Below are positions 58,396 to 64,000 of a DNA stretch of 64,000 nt, one piece after another. Within the stretch, counting starts at the first letter, position 1, and every line of letters begins with the position of its first letter. Source of the stretch: Bacillota bacterium (GTDB taxonomy: Bacteria; Bacillota; Clostridia; Tissierellales; Sedimentibacteraceae); NCBI GenBank assembly GCA_023416855.1, contig JAEZGU010000316.1:83270-147269 (forward strand), in the 5' to 3' direction. The position numbers and the translations under genes are program-made. Under the pieces are notes generated by a model. That model was not told where the DNA came from. It saw nothing but the letters and a program-made list of their open reading frames with translations, and did not search any database.

Positions 58396-58587
58396 ATGAC
58401 TAAATATTTAGTATACATACATCCTTCTGTTCCACCTGCTAATATAAAAGTTGGAACTTGGTATTCGTTAGAAGAGTTACAAGAACGCTTTGATTCCGAA
58501 TTTATAAAGTGTTTCTTCACTCCTTCTAATTTTGGATGGGAAGAAATTGAAAGTAAAAAGAAATAAACTATTCAGATAAGGGAGTAG
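58396..58587 (+). CDS. small hypothetical protein (63 aa, not in ORF track)
   Basis: GAGGTG SD; MTKYLVYIHPSVPP... Confidence 0.6.
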
Positions 58588-58711
58588 ATTGGAGTAATTT
58601 AATCTCCCTTCTATTCCCTTATTTTTTACTCTACTTTTCCCTAAAAACAACACCAAAGATGTATTTTATTAAAATTAAATATAAATATCATTAACAAAAG
58701 AGGTGAAATAA

Positions 58712-59266
58712 TTGGATAATGAATCACAAGGCTATTTAGGACAAATATTAGGCATAACTAACCAAGGATATCATAAAAGAATCTCTGCTGATGCATATAC
58801 TGGTGGTATAGATTCTATTGATACAAAACATGCAGCAATACATAATGGTCAAGCTTTTTATATGGATTTTTATAACACTATTGCAGCAGGTAAAGTATAT
58901 AAATTTCATGGTGTAAACACATCATCAAAATATATTCATCTTCAACCACCTAGTTTTGCTGAAGGTAAATTTCTGATAGAGTTCATAAAAGATGCAACTT
59001 ATACTCCACAAACAACAGTTAATAATCCAACATTTAATTTAAATCTTGGTAGCTCAAATGAAGCTACTTTTAAGGTGTACCCTCAAGACCCTACTTTAGC
59101 TGTAACTGGCGGTACTGTTTTTGCTAGGGAATATATGAAACCAGCAAACCAAGTAATAGAATGGATACTTCCTCCCCAAAGCTCATTTTTAGCTACTTTT
59201 GCTAATCTTGATACTACTAATTCACTACAATATTTTTTGAGACTGTTTTGGTATGAATTAGGATAG
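58712..59266 (+). CDS. hypothetical virion-associated protein
   Basis: GAGGTG SD, TTG start; beta-rich. Confidence 0.65.
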   Translation: MDNESQGYLGQILGITNQGYHKRISADAYTGGIDSIDTKHAAIHNGQAFYMDFYNTIAAGKVYKFHGVNTSSKYIHLQPPSFAEGKFLIEFIKDATYTPQTTVNNPTFNLNLGSSNEATFKVYPQDPTLAVTGGTVFAREYMKPANQVIEWILPPQSSFLATFANLDTTNSLQYFLRLFWYELG

Positions 59267-59382
59267 ATATTATTATATTGTTAAGTAATAAAAAATTAAA
59301 TTAAAATAATATGTAATACCCCATCAAACAGGCTACCAACCTTTATCGTTTGATGAGGTGTATTAAAAAATAATACAGTTAT

Positions 59383-59411
59383 AGTTTAGCATAACCTTAA
59401 CTGTATGTCAA
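59383..59411 (-). promoter_or_regulatory. antisense sigmaA-type promoter
   Basis: TTGACA-17-TAAACT with TG, firing into hairpin 59314-59365. Confidence 0.6.
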
Positions 59412-59470
59412 CAAAAATAATAAAATAATTTATATAGATTGTTCTAAATTTATATACAACAAGTGAGGTA

Positions 59471-59908
59471 ATGCGTATGGAACAACATAACTGTATTCAA
59501 ATAGCAGAGTTAGCCACATTAAAGAATGAAGTAAAAAACATGAAAGAACAGATGAGTGATTTAAAGGATATAAAAAATTCATTAACAGTTCTAACTACAT
59601 TACAACAAGAAAATGAAAAAAGAGATATAGAACGTGATGCAGATAGAAAAAGACAATCAGAAGCTTTAGTTGCTTTATCTGAGACACCTAAGTTAATAGC
59701 GAAACTAGATAAAAAACTAGATTTACAAAATGAAAAATTACAAGCACATGATGAAAAGTTTATTGATATAGATAATAAGCTCTCAAATCAATCAACTGAT
59801 AAGACAAATAAAACAGAAATAACAAAGTCTAAGTTAGCATTATATGGAGTAATTATAGCAGCAATTTGTACAGCAATTACAACAATTGTTGGAATATTAG
59901 TAAAATAG
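59471..59908 (+). CDS. coiled-coil protein with C-terminal TM (holin/XhlA-like)
   Basis: long coiled coil; LALYGVIIAAICTAITTIVGILVK. Confidence 0.6.
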   Translation: MRMEQHNCIQIAELATLKNEVKNMKEQMSDLKDIKNSLTVLTTLQQENEKRDIERDADRKRQSEALVALSETPKLIAKLDKKLDLQNEKLQAHDEKFIDIDNKLSNQSTDKTNKTEITKSKLALYGVIIAAICTAITTIVGILVK

Positions 59909-60096
59909 ATTTATTTTTATGGGTAGTGTGAATATATCTCCTACCCTCCTATTTCTATAACAATCTATAACAATAAAAGGAGCAAAATGACTAATTTAAA
60001 TATAACAGGATAGGCATTAACCTGAGATTATATCCATAAGTGTAATTTGAGCTTAGTGCCTATCTATAACAATTATAGTAAGTTTATAGAAAGGAA

Positions 60097-60444
60097 TTGA
60101 CAGCTATGCAAAGTACAGTATTTTACGACAATGTGCATTTGGCATCTACTACTATGCAGACAGGTAAGACAGTCCATATTGGAGATTCAACAGATTTAAT
60201 GGTTCAAATTATTGGTACGTCAACAAATTTTACCGTAGCTTTTGAAGCGTCCTTAGATGGTATTAATTTTAGCACATTTGAAGGAAGAAAAGTTGGAGAT
60301 GTAACCCAAACACCAATTACGAGTACATCAGATAAAGGTTTATATGAATTTGATGTCACATTGATAAAAGCATTAAGAGTAAATTTAACGGCTATTGCCA
60401 ATGGAAATATAAGTGTATTAGCTAATGGCGTACATATTATATAG
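60097..60444 (+). CDS. small beta-sandwich virion protein
   Basis: FEASLDGINF..LRVNLTAIANGNISV. Confidence 0.65.
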   Translation: MTAMQSTVFYDNVHLASTTMQTGKTVHIGDSTDLMVQIIGTSTNFTVAFEASLDGINFSTFEGRKVGDVTQTPITSTSDKGLYEFDVTLIKALRVNLTAIANGNISVLANGVHII

Positions 60445-60456
60445 GAGGCGGTAGAT

Positions 60457-61656
60457 ATGAGAGTAAAAGATAAAATAAAACTTATGTCTCGTGGAGGTAA
60501 TAATAAACCTCCAATATTTAATACAAATTCAATAGTCCTTGCTGGAGATAGTATTACTGCCGCAAATATTGGACTTGATTTCAATCCAACTCAAACTTCA
60601 GTAAGTAACTTAGGTTATTTTACTTGGGCAAATATATTTTTAAGACAAAGATTTAAAGTTGTGAAGGTTTCAGGGGTTGTTGGAAATACAATATCACAAC
60701 TTAAATCAAGATTAAAAACAGACGTTTTAGACTACTCCCCTCAATATTGTTTTCTGACCATAGGTATTAATAATATAAGAAATGGTGACACATCCGATGT
60801 AATTATTCCCCAATTAGATGAATTATATAATACTTTAATATCAAATCAAATTGCTCCAATTATAACTACCTTAACTCCTGCTAATTCAACAGGTGGAGTT
60901 GATACTCCTGCTAAGAAAAAAGCATGGTGTGAAGTTAATAGTTGGATAAGAAAATTCGCACAAGAAAACAATGTATTCCTTGTAGATTTTGCAAAAGTTC
61001 TAACTAATCCAACAACTTCTGACCCAATAGCAGATGTTATGAGAACTGACGGTCTTCATCCATCAGCTTATGGTGGTTTTGTAATGGGAAAAGAGATATA
61101 TAATCAATTAAATTCTTATATCAAACCTATTGATTTATTTGCTGTATCTAATTCGGATTCAAGTGTTTTGAATCAAAATTCTATGATGTTGGGTGATGTA
61201 AATGGTATAGCTACTGGTTGGAGCATTGGTGGAGGTGCTAATACTCCGTCAAAGATTACAATTAGACCCGATGGACAATTAGGCGAATTACAGAGAATTG
61301 TGACAACAACTACTACAGAAACATCATTTAATAGTTCAACAATTTCAACTGGTTTTTCTGTTGGAGATACAGTTTATGCACTTGTAGAATTGTTCATTGG
61401 AAATGTAACAGTACCATTCACAAACATCACTGTGTATGTAACAGCATCTAATTCTTCATATGCCTATCTAAGTGCAAGGAATGTTTTAAACTTTGAGTCA
61501 TCAAATTCAGGAGCATTAAATGTTGGAAATTGGAGTGGAGTAATAAGAACTCCTAATTTTCTTCTTCCTGCTAATTCTGCAAAATTATCAATGTCAGTAA
61601 AAATAACTGGTGTCGGCACAGTTGATGTCGGCAAATTCGAATTAAGAAAAATATAA
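60457..61656 (+). CDS. SGNH/GDSL hydrolase with C-terminal beta domain
   Basis: GDSIT, GVVGNT, IGINN, DGLHPS. Confidence 0.88.
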   Translation: MRVKDKIKLMSRGGNNKPPIFNTNSIVLAGDSITAANIGLDFNPTQTSVSNLGYFTWANIFLRQRFKVVKVSGVVGNTISQLKSRLKTDVLDYSPQYCFLTIGINNIRNGDTSDVIIPQLDELYNTLISNQIAPIITTLTPANSTGGVDTPAKKKAWCEVNSWIRKFAQENNVFLVDFAKVLTNPTTSDPIADVMRTDGLHPSAYGGFVMGKEIYNQLNSYIKPIDLFAVSNSDSSVLNQNSMMLGDVNGIATGWSIGGGANTPSKITIRPDGQLGELQRIVTTTTTETSFNSSTISTGFSVGDTVYALVELFIGNVTVPFTNITVYVTASNSSYAYLSARNVLNFESSNSGALNVGNWSGVIRTPNFLLPANSAKLSMSVKITGVGTVDVGKFELRKI

Positions 61657-61763
61657 AATATGTATTTCGTTTTAACTTTACGGAAGGTGTAACCACTCAC
61701 CTTCCTTTTATTATACTCCATTTCAAATTAACAAATCTAAAATAAATCAAAGGATGTGATATT

Positions 61764-62330
61764 ATTTCTGAAATATTAAAACTTATATCCCCTATCCCTC
61801 CCTCAGTCAATCACTATCTTGCGTATCGGGCAATAATAAAAAACGGAAGACCGATGGCAATGAGTTATAAGACTTCAGAAGCAACAAAGTATCAAAAAGA
61901 TTTCACTAAATATGTCAAAGAACAAGTAAAACTTCAGAAATGGATAAAATCAGAAAATAAGTTTCAACACTATTATATGGATTGTAACTTTTTCTTTCCC
62001 CGTACAGATATGGATGCTAATAATTATTTTAAATGTATGGCTGATGCAATTAGTGATTCTGAGGTTGTTTGGATAGATGATGTTCAGTTATGTGAAAGAG
62101 TTCAGAGTATTAATTATACTTCTGATAATCCAAGAATTGAAATAATAATTAAACCTGTAGATTACATAGGTGTTTTCGAAAATTCATCTCAATTAGAACA
62201 ATTTGAATCTAATTGCATCGGTTGTACTAAATATAATCGAAATTGTAGTTTACTTATTAAAGCTAAAGAAGGTCGTATTCAAGAAGAAATACAAGGTTAT
62301 AAGTGTAGTAAATTTAAATCTATCAAATAG
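61764..62330 (+). CDS. rusA: RusA-like Holliday junction resolvase
   Basis: PIPPSVNHY, DANNYFK..D, VWIDD, NPRIEI; probable ATT start. Confidence 0.8.
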   Translation: MSEILKLISPIPPSVNHYLAYRAIIKNGRPMAMSYKTSEATKYQKDFTKYVKEQVKLQKWIKSENKFQHYYMDCNFFFPRTDMDANNYFKCMADAISDSEVVWIDDVQLCERVQSINYTSDNPRIEIIIKPVDYIGVFENSSQLEQFESNCIGCTKYNRNCSLLIKAKEGRIQEEIQGYKCSKFKSIK

Positions 62331-62390
62331 TGATAGAAGTGTCATTTTATTCAAACATAAAATAATTAGAATATAAGGAGATTAATACAT

Positions 62391-62918
62391 ATGTCAGATA
62401 TAATAGTAAAGAAGTACCTCCCACTAAGTTTAAAACAAGTGATTATTAAAAATATAGTATCATCAGTAGTTGATGAAGAAACAGGCAATATAGACTTTTC
62501 ACTTATAGATTTCATGACTGAAATTTCCCTTCTTATTAATTATACAGACTACGAACTTTCTGATGAAGAGACAGTTGTTCAGTATGATGAAATCAAAGAA
62601 AATGGAACGCTTAAATCAATTATAGACCAAATTCACTATGATGAAGTGTATTTTATTAAATCAAATGTTGAAAAAGAAATTCAGCAATACCTTGATAACA
62701 ATAGAAGTCTAGGAATACAGTTTAAGAAAGCTGTAGATAAATTATTAGACAAGTTGCCAAGTGAGCAAGGAATGAAAGAAACGCTTGAAAAACTTCCTTC
62801 TATTATCAATGAAAGTAATCCTGAAAATTTGAGATTCATTTCAGAGGCAATTGGTTGGAATAACGGTACTAAAATAAATAGGGAAAAGAAAAGAAAAGTG
62901 TCAAAAGAAAATAAATGA
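62391..62918 (+). CDS. hypothetical protein (possible tail chaperone)
   Basis: VKKYLPLSLK motif; AAGGAG SD. Confidence 0.65.
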   Translation: MSDIIVKKYLPLSLKQVIIKNIVSSVVDEETGNIDFSLIDFMTEISLLINYTDYELSDEETVVQYDEIKENGTLKSIIDQIHYDEVYFIKSNVEKEIQQYLDNNRSLGIQFKKAVDKLLDKLPSEQGMKETLEKLPSIINESNPENLRFISEAIGWNNGTKINREKKRKVSKENK

Positions 62919-62953
62919 TATTTATATAATACACATTAAGGAGTTTATAACAC

Positions 62954-64000
62954 ATGAACAAATTTACTTATAATGAAGTCAAAGATACTGTACATAATTT
63001 AGGATATATATTATTAAGTAAAGATTATATAAATAATAGAGAAAAATTATTATTAATGGATGAATATGGTTATTTTTATCAAATAAGTTTATCAAATTTA
63101 AAAAACAACAGAGTCCCTTTAAAATTTGATGTATATAATTCATATACTATTCAAAATATAAAATTATGGTGTAAAATAAACAACAAACCATATGAACTAA
63201 TTAGTGATACATATAGTGGAAATAATCAAAAATTGAAGTGGGTATGTTTAAAAGATCATTGTGGTGAAATATTTGAATTAAGTTGGGGTTGTGTTTTACA
63301 AGGAATAGGATGTGGTGTATGTAATGGAAGACAGGTGGGACTATCAAACTGTCTTGCAACAAAAAGACCAGAATTAGCAAAAGAATGGCATCCAACAAAG
63401 AATGGAGGTTTAACTCCTTTTGATGTGACTTATTGTAGCAATAAGAAAGTATGGTGGATTTGCTCTAATAATTCTTTTCACGAATGGAAGTCAAGTGTAA
63501 ATAATAGAAATCGAGGAAATGGTTGCCCCTATTGTTCAGGTTTATATCCTACTAATGATAATAATCTATTAATAAATAATCCAAAACTTTGTATAGAGTG
63601 GAATTATGCAAGAATGATAAAAATCCAGAAGATTATACACCAAATAGTAGTCAAAAAGTCTGGTGGAAATGTAATGATTGTGAACATGAGTGGAATGCAA
63701 CAATTAAAAACCGAAATAGGAATAACGAATGTTGTCCAATATGCTCAGAATCTAAAGGCGAAAAGGAAATTAAAGAATATTTGAATTTTAATAAAATAAT
63801 AAGTATTCCACAAAAAACATTTGAAAGATTAATAGGTTTAGGTGGTGGATTATTATCATATGATTTTTATTTGCCAAATTACAATATGTTAATTGAATAT
63901 CAAGGCGAACAGCACGAGCATTATGTAAAAGGATTCCATAGTTCAAAAAAAATTTTTGAAAAACAACAAGAACACGATAGGCGTAAAAGAGTATATGCTA
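62954..64000 (+). pseudogene. frameshifted zinc-ribbon homing-type endonuclease (paralog of 38860-40110), truncated by window end
   Basis: one base missing near 63610; other frame continues KNDKNPEDYTPNSSQKVWWKC...SYDFYLP..IEYQGEQH..HDRRK. Confidence 0.7.

Larger units (their letters stand above)
1..64000. mobile_element. Large SPbeta-like siphovirus/prophage of a Firmicutes host (partial genome)
   Basis: YonO-like RNAP, terminase-portal-protease-capsid-neck-tail order, no host housekeeping genes, Firmicutes-type SD sequences and sigmaA promoters. Confidence 0.93.

Noticed and set aside
24512..63398. Opposite-strand ORFs overlapping real genes (e.g. 24512, 40307, 50550, 51813, 58104, 60204)
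   Set aside because: Fully overlap well-supported genes or the tRNA; Ser/Phe/Leu-rich composition typical of shadow frames
39964..64000. Diversity-generating retroelement TR/VR pair
   Set aside because: The shared stretch is identical with no adenine-specific changes, both copies are in paralogous endonuclease genes, and no reverse transcriptase is present

Overview
The whole window is part of a large, very AT-rich tailed phage or prophage of a Firmicutes (probably clostridial) host, organised like SPbeta-type siphoviruses. (1) 1-19 kb is a minus-strand early arm of about 45-55 tiny, mostly unknown genes. It is driven by 17 readable sigmaA-type promoters, many carrying a shared CGTAA-N5-TTACG operator, with a dispersed ~90-bp phased element in the intergenic spaces. 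(2) 19-31 kb is a gene-poor block with an 8-copy GAAY-N5-RTTC array, two RepL-like genes each with its own repeat pair, an XerC/D-type tyrosine recombinase, and a ParM-ParR-repeat-FtsK-relaxase module. (3) 31-37 kb has a YonO-like single-subunit RNA polymerase with a variant DYDAD catalytic motif and a coupled Zn-ribbon gene. (4) 37-46 kb is an accessory cluster: beta-CASP RNase, tRNA-Trp, Hsp20, metallophosphoesterase, ClpP, homing-type endonucleases and at least two large, highly structured non-coding RNA candidates. (5) 46-64 kb has terminase, portal, head, neck and major tail genes, an SGNH hydrolase, RusA and a frameshifted endonuclease. All protein calls come from motifs and synteny read by eye; no database searches or folding programs were run.
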